In this document: positions 36,933 to 46,398 of the stretch, piece by piece
Position numbering within the stretch: the first letter of the stretch is position 1
Layout of the letters: each line of letters opens with the position of its first letter
Sequence record: NC_070650.1
Direction: 5' to 3' (one strand)
DNA: 64,000 nt
Made by a program: the position numbers and the translations under genes
Notes under the pieces: generated by a model
Seen by the model: the letters and a program-made list of their open reading frames with translations, nothing else
Database searches by the model: none
What the model was told of the DNA's origin: nothing

Positions 36933-37204
36933 AATCGATTAAAGTTACTCGTGGTGAATATCACAACGAAGGTAAGAATGCTGCGGCCATCGCTGAAATG
37001 TTTGGTGTATCGCCGGAACGTTTTGACGCGTTCTGTCGTCGCGGGCATTTCATTAAACCCTTCGGCATGCTGCCAGATACAGACATCCCGGGTTGGCGTA
37101 CCCTGGATGTGCTGAAATGGTCAGCCAATCAGGCCGGCGTTACACTGGGAACTGCAATCAAAAAATATGAGGCAGGTAAACTGCGTCAGCTCATCACTCT
37201 TTAA
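36929..37204 (+). CDS. AlpA/excisionase-like HTH protein
   Basis: AAAIAEMFGVSPERF...GHFIKP...WRTLDVLKW. Confidence 0.55.
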   Translation: MKSIKVTRGEYHNEGKNAAAIAEMFGVSPERFDAFCRRGHFIKPFGMLPDTDIPGWRTLDVLKWSANQAGVTLGTAIKKYEAGKLRQLITL

Positions 37205-37219
37205 CTGAAAAGGTAAACT

Positions 37220-37396
37220 ATGGAATCTTTGGATAAAATCACCATCAAGCAGTTAGCGACCCATCTGGGCATCAGTGTTTCCACCGTGCGTAATCGCCTG
37301 TCGAAGGGAAAACTCCCTAACCCAACCGAACGCCGCGGTGATCAGTTGTTCTGGAGCAAATATGATTTACTGGGTTGGGGGATTGACATCCAATGA
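37220..37396 (+). CDS. AlpA/excisionase-like HTH protein (58 aa, not in ORF track)
   Basis: ITIKQLATHLGISVSTVRNRLSKGKLPNP...LFWSKYDL; AAGG SD; ATGA overlap with next gene. Confidence 0.75.
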   Translation: MESLDKITIKQLATHLGISVSTVRNRLSKGKLPNPTERRGDQLFWSKYDLLGWGIDIQ

Positions 37397-37824
37397 CGCT
37401 TTTAATTAGGCAGGGTGCTGGTACCGATGTTGTATTAAGTTACAATACACCGGACCGGATGTTTCAAGCGGTCATGGAAGAATCTGATGTCGGTGATGTG
37501 GTTTTCAAAATCGATAATCGGCTGCGGTGCTATAATTACCCGGCGACTGTGTCTTTCGGTGAAAAGGCACTCATTGAACAAGCTTTGGATGAGTATGTTC
37601 ATTATGATGGATTGGATGTACCGCAGTTCATCTGTCATTCTCTCGATGCCGGTGGGATTAAACTTGAACGGTTCCCTTCGAGTCTTTTAACCGCGTATTG
37701 GTCAGTATTTGACGTGAACCTGGTGGTAATCGTCGATTATGGTCACTATGATGCATTGGAAGGTATCGTCGAATCGTCTCTGGTTTCTCGATTAAACACC
37801 CTACTTAAACCGCGTTTCATTTAA
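37393..37824 (+). CDS. hypothetical protein
   Basis: 143-aa ORF. Confidence 0.7.
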   Translation: MTLLIRQGAGTDVVLSYNTPDRMFQAVMEESDVGDVVFKIDNRLRCYNYPATVSFGEKALIEQALDEYVHYDGLDVPQFICHSLDAGGIKLERFPSSLLTAYWSVFDVNLVVIVDYGHYDALEGIVESSLVSRLNTLLKPRFI

Positions 37825-37830
37825 AATAAC

Positions 37831-37860
37831 GGGTGGGTATGTACCCACCCTCTTATGCCA
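37831..37860 (+). terminator. terminator hairpin with TATGCC
   Basis: GGGTGGGTA-TG-TACCCACCC followed by TCTTATGCCA. Confidence 0.7.
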
Positions 37861-37878
37861 TCAAAAGGAAATCTTACT

Positions 37879-38325
37879 ATGCACGTGAAACTTGTTGAAA
37901 AACCAGTAAGCGTTAAGAAAGCCTATTACGCCCTCATGGTCCGTAGCGCCAATAACCGTATTGCTAAACAACAATACGTGATTGTGCAAATTACCGATAT
38001 TCCAGCAAATGCCAATTTGGCATCAGTTTATCTTGAGTTTAACCGTCATCCGGATAAACCAAAAGGTTATACCACAGATGCGACTAAATTCGGTCTGGCA
38101 ACAGTCGTCCCAGTTGCTGAACATCAATGCGCTGCACTGTATATTGGGATGACCGAAGTGGCACGAATTTATGACCACCCAACTATCGGCTCAACCGCTG
38201 TGGACTTGGCAATAAAAACGTTATATATAACCCCAGCACCCAACATGGCGTTGAGACCAAATGCTATCGAACAGTTAGCTGCGTTGGGTACCTTGGTTGC
38301 TCCAGGTGCCGTGTGGCGTTTTTAA
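37879..38325 (+). CDS. hypothetical protein
   Basis: AAGGA SD before ATG 37879. Confidence 0.7.
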   Translation: MHVKLVEKPVSVKKAYYALMVRSANNRIAKQQYVIVQITDIPANANLASVYLEFNRHPDKPKGYTTDATKFGLATVVPVAEHQCAALYIGMTEVARIYDHPTIGSTAVDLAIKTLYITPAPNMALRPNAIEQLAALGTLVAPGAVWRF

Positions 38326-38351
38326 TATCTTACCTTACTGAGGACAGTACC

Positions 38352-38474
38352 ATGAATAAAGTTCAGAATATGTTTTTTTGGAATTTCGTAGCCTGGATTG
38401 TTTTGATTATTCTGGTGGTTGCGGGGTATAAAGTCTATCCCTACGTAGTTGCTGGATTAAAATACTTGTTCTAA
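38352..38474 (+). CDS. small membrane protein (40 aa, not in ORF track)
   Basis: GAGGA SD; MNKVQNMFFWNFVAWIVLIILVVAGYKVYPYVVAGLKYLF. Confidence 0.65.
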   Translation: MNKVQNMFFWNFVAWIVLIILVVAGYKVYPYVVAGLKYLF

Positions 38475-38490
38475 TAATACGAGATCCGTA

Positions 38491-38516
38491 AGGGGGTGGG
38501 CTAATGCCCACCCCCT
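38491..38516 (+). terminator. terminator-like hairpin
   Basis: AGGGGGTGGGC-TAAT-GCCCACCCCCT. Confidence 0.75.
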
Positions 38517-38554
38517 CGACCAGCGCTTTAATTTTTTATTTTTTGGAGCCTAAC

Positions 38555-39070
38555 ATGCACCAATTCGTATTAGTGGGCGGGCAATGGGTGCCAGTCAGAT
38601 CGGACGCCATGCAGGCCATGAATAACGCTTGCTCGACTACTGGGCAAATACTTAGAACCAGTACGTCAGCAACTCCCGTTAAATTTTCTGGTGGGTTTAT
38701 CGTAAATGGATTAAGTGTGGTAATCAATGCCACTGAGTTGTCTGCACAACAAACTGTTAACGCTGCCTCTGATTTAATTACACCGATTATTTATATCCCA
38801 ACAAACAGCATTTATAAATATAACACAACGACTTCAACCTGGGCGGTTGATGGCAGTGATTCCATCTCTAATTACCTTTCTCCAGGATTGCATTATTACA
38901 ATAATACAACGGGAAGGCTCTTTTTTGCTTTAGACAATACTAATCTGGTTTATATTGGTAATCGGGGGGTAGTAGCCGCAACCGATTCTGAAGCCATAGC
39001 GGGTACTCGAACTGATGTTGCTATCACTTCCACCCAAGCAAAATTGGCCTGGACTACCTGGGGGGTATAA
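38555..39070 (+). CDS. tail-fibre-like protein, paralogue 1
   Basis: C-terminal ATDSEAIAGTRTDVAIT resembles the T4 gp34/gp12-type repeat; GGAG SD. Confidence 0.55.
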   Translation: MHQFVLVGGQWVPVRSDAMQAMNNACSTTGQILRTSTSATPVKFSGGFIVNGLSVVINATELSAQQTVNAASDLITPIIYIPTNSIYKYNTTTSTWAVDGSDSISNYLSPGLHYYNNTTGRLFFALDNTNLVYIGNRGVVAATDSEAIAGTRTDVAITSTQAKLAWTTWGV

Positions 39071-39075
39071 TACTC

Positions 39076-39579
39076 ATGCCGGTTTATAAATCTATTAAAT
39101 ATGGATCTTCGTTTATTTCGGTCAGCTCAGATACGCTGGCGCCATTAAACGCCTTATACGCCACCAGAACCTACGGGTTGTTGTTTAAAGATGATAGCCT
39201 GTCTTTTTTACAATACACCCCAGAACGTCTGTATAACTCAGCACCGTACGTAATCGATACGTCAGCTGAACTGAGCGCGGTTCAAGCAGCAGCAACCACC
39301 GGATACATCGTCAACATGAACACTGCTGAAGTATACACTTATAGTGGTGGTGCGTGGGTATTATCCACCGATAATACGTTATACTTGACTTTGATTAAAC
39401 CTGGACGCCTGTACCGCAACACCGTGACCAAATTTACGTTCTACGCTGATGCAAACCAAACTTTATTCAAGATGTTGGGCGTAGACCGGGGTATGGCGAC
39501 TCAAACAGACGTAACCAATGGCACGGGTACTCAATGGGTATCACCACTTACGTTGGCCAATGCACATGGGAGTTGGTAA
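39076..39579 (+). CDS. tail-fibre-like protein, paralogue 2
   Basis: ATQTDVTNGTG...VSPLTL repeat; shared PG..Y core. Confidence 0.55.
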   Translation: MPVYKSIKYGSSFISVSSDTLAPLNALYATRTYGLLFKDDSLSFLQYTPERLYNSAPYVIDTSAELSAVQAAATTGYIVNMNTAEVYTYSGGAWVLSTDNTLYLTLIKPGRLYRNTVTKFTFYADANQTLFKMLGVDRGMATQTDVTNGTGTQWVSPLTLANAHGSW

Positions 39580-39582
39580 GTC

Positions 39583-40068
39583 ATGGCGGAAATTAATGAG
39601 TTTGTTAAATACGGCAGTGGTCGTCAGCAAGTTATCTCTCCGGATACGGCTGGTCTGAACGCTATTGCCACAACCAATAACGCTGCCGTTATAACCGGTA
39701 CTAGTAGCGGTAACCCCATAACGCTAACGGACATCGCTGACGATTTACTTATCGTCCCGGCGACTGGGGTTGCATCGGCGCAGGCTGGGAATGAAGATTT
39801 TGTCGACGCAGACAATCTTTTATTGTACGTTTATGCTAGTTCCGGTTGGAGTACGGTAGCATTGCCTACCGCATCTATTCGCCCAGGAAAACATTTTTAC
39901 AGCACCACTTCTAAAAATATTTATTATTACGACCCGGCAACCTCCGGCCTGATATTGATTGCCTCCATGGCCCCAGAGTTTGCAACAATTACGGATATCA
40001 CTGCAGGTACTGCGGGTAATTTACTTATTTCTCCATATCTGCTGCGTTATGCGTACGACCATCGTTAA
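39583..40068 (+). CDS. tail-fibre-like protein, paralogue 3
   Basis: ATITDITAGT...ISPYLL repeat. Confidence 0.55.
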   Translation: MAEINEFVKYGSGRQQVISPDTAGLNAIATTNNAAVITGTSSGNPITLTDIADDLLIVPATGVASAQAGNEDFVDADNLLLYVYASSGWSTVALPTASIRPGKHFYSTTSKNIYYYDPATSGLILIASMAPEFATITDITAGTAGNLLISPYLLRYAYDHR

Positions 40069-40088
40069 TCCCGTGTAGGAGTTATCCC

Positions 40089-40697
40089 ATGACTGACATC
40101 AGTAACCAATACAAACCTATGGGCGTGACTGTAATCAATCCACACACCGAGTATCGTTATTATGAGGTGGGTGGGTATCCACTAATGTTGGTTATGCGTG
40201 ACGGGATTGCCGTAGGGCAATTAGAATTTGATGTACTTCCCCCATTCGGGGAATATACGCGGGTGGTATTAGACCCTAGCGGTGAAGGGAACTTCACAAT
40301 CATGTTTATGTCGTGGATGCATCTTGATGAAGGTGCCCTGGATGAAGATGAGCTATGTGACGCTGAATTGCACTTCATGGATTTGCTGGGGTACCCTGAA
40401 GATGCACCAACACATGCTGGATATTTAGAATGGGCATTCAACTCACCCAGTGAAGCCATCATCTACGTCATTGAAAACCCTGATGACCCGGAATGTGTAG
40501 GCTCACTCATTATGAAGTATGAAGTTCAAAATACGGATACCCACATGTTCTATCAACCCGCTAAGAAGTGGATACCTTCATTCCTGATGGAAGTTAGGGC
40601 AACTAACACACTACGTGGGTGGTGTACTAATACTGCCAGTCAAATTCAAGATTTGGCCGTAATGCATTTTCCGGGTAGTGGGGAAACCATTCACTAA
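40089..40697 (+). CDS. hypothetical acidic protein
   Basis: AGGAG SD, 202 aa. Confidence 0.75.
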   Translation: MTDISNQYKPMGVTVINPHTEYRYYEVGGYPLMLVMRDGIAVGQLEFDVLPPFGEYTRVVLDPSGEGNFTIMFMSWMHLDEGALDEDELCDAELHFMDLLGYPEDAPTHAGYLEWAFNSPSEAIIYVIENPDDPECVGSLIMKYEVQNTDTHMFYQPAKKWIPSFLMEVRATNTLRGWCTNTASQIQDLAVMHFPGSGETIH

Positions 40698-40801
40698 ATC
40701 AGGCAGGCCGCGGGATATAACTGTGTGTAACGGATCTAAATGGGTAAACCTATAACGTGATTGTTTCTATGAAAAATGCGTTATGTCTTTTCTCAATTCT
40801 G

Positions 40802-40825
40802 AGGAGGGCTCTTGCCCTCCTTTTA
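40802..40825 (+). terminator. terminator
   Basis: AGGAGGGC-TCTT-GCCCTCCT followed by TTT. Confidence 0.75.
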
Positions 40826-41037
40826 ATTTGTCTTCCTTAAGTCATAAAAAAATACTTCGCTTATATATAGAGTGAGCTGCTATGCAAGCGAACGATAAAG
40901 ACCCTTAGAAATAAGGCCGTTATCCGAAAACACCCATAGGGTTTTCGGGGGAAAGGGGGTTTCGTAGATTGGAAGGGGAGAAGGATTGTCAAGGAAGAGG
41001 GGAAACTTTAAAAAAATAGCCTGAGAGGTAGAAGGTC

Positions 41038-41304
41038 ATGTATCTTGAATTAATCGCATCCGAAGACAAATGGGGGTATCTCAAAGGGTTATTCCCAGCC
41101 GCGGTATTATCACCAGACCAACGAGCGATGCTCTATACTGATTCCAAAAGGTTCATTTTCGATATAAGTCACGGTTATGTCGAAAACGCTTATCTATGCA
41201 TACCCGACGCGGAACTAAGTAGTGTTATCGAAAAAATCCCCGAAGTTAAAAAAACAATAATGGGTGTGGATGATTTATGCGTTATTAACGTTATTACTAG
41301 TTGA
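41038..41304 (+). CDS. hypothetical protein
   Basis: 88-aa ORF with GAAGG SD. Confidence 0.6.
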   Translation: MYLELIASEDKWGYLKGLFPAAVLSPDQRAMLYTDSKRFIFDISHGYVENAYLCIPDAELSSVIEKIPEVKKTIMGVDDLCVINVITS

Positions 41305-41323
41305 TGTTTTATCGCATAAAAAA

Positions 41324-41358
41324 GAGGGAGGCCCCAAAGCCTCCCTCGATATGCCGGC
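41324..41358. terminator. bidirectional terminator
   Basis: GAGGGAGGC-CCCAAA-GCCTCCCTC, flanked by GCATA and TATGCCG. Confidence 0.8.
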
Positions 41359-42200
41359 TATCGTTGAGTGCCCAGAAAATTGCGGATATGTTTGACGTGA
41401 GCAGATTGAGATTGCATCATGGCAACTTTGTACCAGGTATTTTTGAGGAAGTCTTTGTAATTCTGGTTAGCGTCACTATAACCCTCAATGACACTTTTAA
41501 AAATACCAAAATCAAAACCGCCGACGATTTCACCCTCATTCAGTTTGACGATAAGGTGTTTGTAGATATACGCTTTAGCCGCATATTCAACTAATTGGGC
41601 GAATTCACCGTATACCGCGGGCCGAAGAGTGGATAGTTCGTCATCATAAGTCAGCCAGCACGATAACCAACACCGATCGGGAATACGTACTTGGTCTTCA
41701 ACCAATACCGTGTTGACGTTTACTAGAGATACGCGCGCAGAACCCACGATGGGCATGTTGGCGTAGGCGTTCCATAGTGCGGCTCCGGTAACCAATACCC
41801 CAGCATTGCCGGAACCCTTTTGTTGCATCTGGTCAAACCACGGGTTGTAGTTAGAATACGCAATGGAATAACCATATCCGTAAGACACCCATTCTGGAGA
41901 GATGATTTGACGGCCTTGGAGGTATTCTGACGGGATGATGTATAAACTGCTACGTTCGTCAGGGATCTCTCTTGGAATCGATGTGAGATTGATTAATGCC
42001 CGCTCAGAGTACTTTAAGTTAATATCTCGCATGACCCTCGAACGAATCACTTTATTTTCGATAAAATGATCGATGTCTGGGACTACGTGGGAAAACAACC
42101 GAACGTTATCCAGGAAAGCACGCTCCAGGATTTCCTCGGGGATGTCTGAATTATGTAAGCTATTTAAGGCGTAGCTGATCGCCGACGAAGTGGCTGGCAT
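41358..42200 (-). CDS. conserved chimallivirus protein, probably virion structural
   Basis: 280-aa reverse gene divergent from phuZ with a good SD; call rests on position. Confidence 0.55.
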   Translation of the reverse strand: MPATSSAISYALNSLHNSDIPEEILERAFLDNVRLFSHVVPDIDHFIENKVIRSRVMRDINLKYSERALINLTSIPREIPDERSSLYIIPSEYLQGRQIISPEWVSYGYGYSIAYSNYNPWFDQMQQKGSGNAGVLVTGAALWNAYANMPIVGSARVSLVNVNTVLVEDQVRIPDRCWLSCWLTYDDELSTLRPAVYGEFAQLVEYAAKAYIYKHLIVKLNEGEIVGGFDFGIFKSVIEGYSDANQNYKDFLKNTWYKVAMMQSQSAHVKHIRNFLGTQR

Positions 42201-42293
42201 AGAAGCCTCCTGGCGTTGGTAAAAAAATTACGTGGTAAAGTGACAGTATGTCGTTGTACCACATTTTAACTAGACTATTAGGGACCACTACAA

Positions 42294-43265
42294 ATGACTG
42301 ACCGCACTCTTTCTTTATACGGCGCCGGTGGCGCTGGCAGTAATCAGGTTAAACCATTTATTGGTGTAAGTACTCTCCCAGGCTATGCTAAAATGGCCTG
42401 TACGCTTATCGACACCAGTGATAGCAACATCACCGATGGCGTACCGGAAGAGAACGTATTTATCCTGGACGGCGTGGATGGTTCCGGTAAAGTCCGCGCC
42501 CAGAACTATGAGGTCATCCTCAACACTACCCGTCAAATTCTTCTTCAACATCCCTTCGGTGACGTCGCGGTCATCGTGTTTTCTGCAAGCGGCGGTTCCG
42601 GTTCGGTGTTCGCCCCGATCATCATGCAGGAAGCTATCGCCAAAGGCGTGCCGATCATCGGTATCGTTATTGGTACCCACGGCACCGCTAAAGAAGCGGA
42701 AAACACAGTTAATACACTGAAGTCCATGGACAACATGGCACGTAAGAACGGCGTCCCGTTTGTTATCATCTATGAACGCAACCGTCGCGATTACGGCCGC
42801 AAAAAGGTGGACGAAGCAATCCGCGCAGCCATCCTGCAAATTTCACTGCTGGTTGGTACCATGAACAACAACTCCGGCCTGGACAGCGCCGACATCAAAA
42901 ACTGGGTCTATTTCCAGTCGGTGACGGATGTTCCACCACAATTGGCTTTGCTGGATATTATCCTTAATGAAGAATGTTCTAAGGATATCAGTGATCCTAT
43001 TTCGGTGGCCAGCATCTATGAAGAAGGGCACGATGCTGAGTTTCCTTTTGCTTCTGACTACGGTTGCGAAGGGTTTAAAGCCAGTGGAATTGCCCCGGAA
43101 CATAAAGAAGTTCATTTCGTCATTTCTATCAGTGATGTGCCTCAGCTCTTCAGTATGGAAAAAGAGCAGGTCGACCGGTATCGTGAGGTTAAAAACTCAC
43201 GAGTAGTCCAATCGTCCCTCGTGGATAAAAACGACAAAACTACCGACGACGGCATGGTTCTTTAA
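42294..43265 (+). CDS. phuZ: PhuZ/TubZ phage tubulin
   Basis: YGAGGAGSN, IDTSDSN, GSGK.R, tubulin signature SASGGSGS, LDSADI, acidic C-tail DDGMVL. Confidence 0.96.
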   Translation: MTDRTLSLYGAGGAGSNQVKPFIGVSTLPGYAKMACTLIDTSDSNITDGVPEENVFILDGVDGSGKVRAQNYEVILNTTRQILLQHPFGDVAVIVFSASGGSGSVFAPIIMQEAIAKGVPIIGIVIGTHGTAKEAENTVNTLKSMDNMARKNGVPFVIIYERNRRDYGRKKVDEAIRAAILQISLLVGTMNNNSGLDSADIKNWVYFQSVTDVPPQLALLDIILNEECSKDISDPISVASIYEEGHDAEFPFASDYGCEGFKASGIAPEHKEVHFVISISDVPQLFSMEKEQVDRYREVKNSRVVQSSLVDKNDKTTDDGMVL

Positions 43266-43283
43266 AACGCAACATAAACCACA

Positions 43284-43316
43284 GGGAGAGGCTATTAGCC
43301 TCTCCCCATATGCCGC
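43284..43316 (+). terminator. terminator with TATGCCG
   Basis: GGGAGAGGCT-ATT-AGCCTCTCCC followed by CATATGCCGC. Confidence 0.8.
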
Positions 43317-43414
43317 TTTATCAAAATACCAACAATTAACTAGAACGCGTTTTAGGCTGGTTAAAAAAGACATCTTCGATTAATGGTAGGACGGATACAA
43401 AAACTCTTTACATT

Positions 43415-43422
43415 TATATTAC
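43415..43422 (+). promoter_or_regulatory. early promoter motif TATATTAC
   Basis: Exact match upstream of the 43460 gene run. Confidence 0.7.
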
Positions 43423-43459
43423 TACATTGACTACCAGCCACAAATTCCTGGAGTACGTA

Positions 43460-43855
43460 ATGTACAAAACTGATAATAAAAGTTATCGGGCAGTTTATTT
43501 GTTTGATGTGAGTGAATCATTGCGGGACCTCGATGATATCATCGCCACCAACTTTCAAATGCCTGATGACCGAATGCGCGGACAAATCATAATTTTGGGT
43601 ATTGTCCAAGCAATGAAGCAATGGGGATTGCCTGGTCTGAAAATAAACCCATCAACATATATCCAAGGAGAGGAATGGTTTCATTGGGAAACTCTCGGTG
43701 AATCTATTATGGATTTACTAAACGATATGGCCCTTTATTTTCGAACTCGACATGGCCAAACATTATATCGATATTGTTCCTCCATCCCGACTTTAGAAAT
43801 TGATGATATTATTCTGGATGAAGGAAACATCTTCTTCTGCTTTGAGGCAATATAA
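43460..43855 (+). CDS. hypothetical protein
   Basis: GGAG SD before ATG 43460. Confidence 0.7.
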   Translation: MYKTDNKSYRAVYLFDVSESLRDLDDIIATNFQMPDDRMRGQIIILGIVQAMKQWGLPGLKINPSTYIQGEEWFHWETLGESIMDLLNDMALYFRTRHGQTLYRYCSSIPTLEIDDIILDEGNIFFCFEAI

Positions 43856-44418
43856 TGGAAAACACCAATGTATTACTCGCAACAGGCGTCGTTGCTGACA
43901 ATATTCGATATCAATCAGAACTCTTATTTCAACCGGTAGGTCTGACGCCACTAACTCAACAAGAAGCTATTGCTATTGTGCATCGAATGATGAGTGAACT
44001 CATCGAAGTTACACAAGCATGGAGCCGCCGTCAGATGATATCCTGGCCTACCATATTAGAAGTTTGCCGACCAGAATTACTGCACACGCATTTAGAAATC
44101 CTCTGGCCAACTAATTGGACCCCAACGAACGAAGACGATGAGCCGCCGTACTGTCCTTTGGCGGATGTATTCGTGTCGGAGATATTGGGAGCTGCGGTTA
44201 ATGTCCTGGATCATCGAATTTTGCGTGCTATTGTGCGGGATACAAAGAGCTGGGATGTATTCACTTTAATCCCTATCGGCGATACCGGGGACCTCATTTT
44301 AAAAAATGAGGGCGATTACCGCATCATGGATTGGATGCAGCGATATCAAAATATTGAAGATGAAAAAGCCCGTAGAGAGGCATTGGCCTGGAGTAAACGT
44401 AATGGGTATGGATTATGA
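43855..44418 (+). CDS. hypothetical protein (chimallivirus conserved-type)
   Basis: 187 aa; TAATG coupling. Confidence 0.75.
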   Translation: MENTNVLLATGVVADNIRYQSELLFQPVGLTPLTQQEAIAIVHRMMSELIEVTQAWSRRQMISWPTILEVCRPELLHTHLEILWPTNWTPTNEDDEPPYCPLADVFVSEILGAAVNVLDHRILRAIVRDTKSWDVFTLIPIGDTGDLILKNEGDYRIMDWMQRYQNIEDEKARREALAWSKRNGYGL

Positions 44419-44863
44419 TGATTATGGTGAGTTGTTGGATAAATTGACCCAACCCCCTGTTAACTCGGAACCAGAACCACCCAAACCCCCATCGATTTGT
44501 TTGTCGTTTGAAGATGTTATTGAGTACGCCAATCTGGAATTGGAACAACTTAATGACGTAGCCGCAATTGCATTCAATGCTCAATCAATGCTCCTACCTA
44601 TCCTGACCGAAGTATTTTATCAAGAAAAAACGCGGATGGCCGGTAGGATGAGAACGATCACTGAACTTGAGTATTATGGTATCCCCACTCTAGTTGCTGA
44701 ATCGTTTTATAATGATATCCGCGACCGAGTGTTAAATAAAGTATTGAGGCATTATCCGAACGGGGTGCATCAGGTGGATACGGGATTTTCGTTCATGACT
44801 CCCATGGATGTTTTATTTATGCCGGTGAGGTTATCGGAGGTAAAGCATGGTCGTTGGGGATAA
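44408..44863 (+). CDS. hypothetical protein
   Basis: Start uncertain (44402 or 44408). Confidence 0.7.
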   Translation: MDYDDYGELLDKLTQPPVNSEPEPPKPPSICLSFEDVIEYANLELEQLNDVAAIAFNAQSMLLPILTEVFYQEKTRMAGRMRTITELEYYGIPTLVAESFYNDIRDRVLNKVLRHYPNGVHQVDTGFSFMTPMDVLFMPVRLSEVKHGRWG

Positions 44864-45329
44864 ACCACATTGTTGGATCACTACAATACAGCCCACGGAT
44901 GGGCTGTTTGATTACCATTGTCTACTTGCACTTACGGGCTTCGCCATCGGTTCTACGGAACTCATGGCTGAAGCCTTGCGTTATGCCCTCGCTATGGTGA
45001 ATCCAAAGGAAGATGACCCGGTTGACGCTGAGATGCTTTGGGAAAATATCGTTGAATATATTCGAGAACTCCCAGCAGAAATGCTAGAACAGTATTTATA
45101 TTTACGGCGTTGTAACTGGGCGGATTTCATGCAACTTGAAGCGGATGCTATTACGCAGGCGGTGGTCTCAGTGGCTCAAGAATACAGTGAAATTATTAGG
45201 CCAATGATTCGTTGTGGGATCACGCCTAGAAGCATCACCGATATTGTTGTTATTGATGATGCCGCGTATATTTATTATTACCCAGAGGTAATCTCTAGAG
45301 AACATAATCGCTGGATGCTAACCTCATGA
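44847..45329 (+). CDS. hypothetical protein
   Basis: GGAGG SD. Confidence 0.75.
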   Translation: MVVGDKPHCWITTIQPTDGLFDYHCLLALTGFAIGSTELMAEALRYALAMVNPKEDDPVDAEMLWENIVEYIRELPAEMLEQYLYLRRCNWADFMQLEADAITQAVVSVAQEYSEIIRPMIRCGITPRSITDIVVIDDAAYIYYYPEVISREHNRWMLTS

Positions 45330-45694
45330 AACCAAATGTCGTTATCTTAAATGCTATCTTTATACCTGGTATGGTAACCCACATGAACGTAGACACTAAA
45401 CTTTACGTTCAAGAGTTATTCCGCGTGGTCAATATGGCTGACCAACAACACCAGTGTTGGGACCAATGGGATTCAGTAAATCAGGTATTTGAAGAACAAT
45501 ACCCCAATTTACATTTTGACATTGTTGGAGATATCACCAACACGACCATTCAAGAAGCCATGTCCAACTTTGACCAAACCAAAGCCATAATGCGCGAAAT
45601 AGAGGTAAAGGAAGGTGGGTATTGTGATTTCGTTGTATTGGGGGTTGATGTTGACTGTATAGCCGTTGAGGTCACCATGTATGAACCGTTTTAA
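45326..45694 (+). CDS. hypothetical protein
   Basis: ATGA overlap. Confidence 0.7.
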   Translation: MKPNVVILNAIFIPGMVTHMNVDTKLYVQELFRVVNMADQQHQCWDQWDSVNQVFEEQYPNLHFDIVGDITNTTIQEAMSNFDQTKAIMREIEVKEGGYCDFVVLGVDVDCIAVEVTMYEPF

Positions 45695-46037
45695 TGTCGT
45701 TTATCCCTCAACACTCGAACTGTTGGAGTATTACCCCAATTTAGGATCTAAAACAGCATTCATTAATATCGTATTTTGGATTATTCAAGACCCCACCTTA
45801 GAGAGGGTAGAATGCATAGATAAGCAGGATATTATCGATATCCTGGATTGGGATAATCCGAATCTAACCCCAAATCAAATAAATACATTAGCCAATTGTG
45901 TTTACCACGCCGTCAGTATTTATTGGCGCAAGTATCGACCGTGGTTTGTTGAAATAGGAAGAATCCATCGTGATGGTATCGTCAAACTCAACGAAGTTAA
46001 TCGCCACGCCACCATTTTCTCGATCACCCCAATATGA
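45681..46037 (+). CDS. hypothetical protein
   Basis: GAGG SD. Confidence 0.7.
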   Translation: MNRFNVVYPSTLELLEYYPNLGSKTAFINIVFWIIQDPTLERVECIDKQDIIDILDWDNPNLTPNQINTLANCVYHAVSIYWRKYRPWFVEIGRIHRDGIVKLNEVNRHATIFSITPI

Positions 46038-46398
46038 CAAGGTAATCATCAATACACCAGCTGAAATGGTATTTGATTGCCCGAACGGGATTGCCTTTAA
46101 CAAATTCATTGATATGGTGTTAGTGATTATTCAGCTTGCTAAAAATAAGCATGTGTTAAATACCCATCCGGAGAAAATTACGGCACTTATTCTTACGACG
46201 TATCCTGAATTCGGCACCCATTACTGCGAAATGGTCAGTCGGCGAGTATTGGCGGCGGCATTAGTACATTACTCGGCGCTTAAACCGGCGTTGCCTGCCG
46301 ATACAACAGCAGATACCATATATCGGGTAGTTGCGATGGATAAGTATGCCACCGTATTAATGCCAAGAGGACTTCAAAATGACTACTTACGTCTTTGA
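45970..46398 (+). CDS. hypothetical protein
   Basis: Start uncertain (possibly 46066). Confidence 0.6.
   Translation: MMVSSNSTKLIATPPFSRSPQYDKVIINTPAEMVFDCPNGIAFNKFIDMVLVIIQLAKNKHVLNTHPEKITALILTTYPEFGTHYCEMVSRRVLAAALVHYSALKPALPADTTADTIYRVVAMDKYATVLMPRGLQNDYLRL

Noticed and set aside
41301-41594. 97-aa + strand ORF
   Set aside because: Crosses a terminator and overlaps the well-supported reverse gene 41358..42200.
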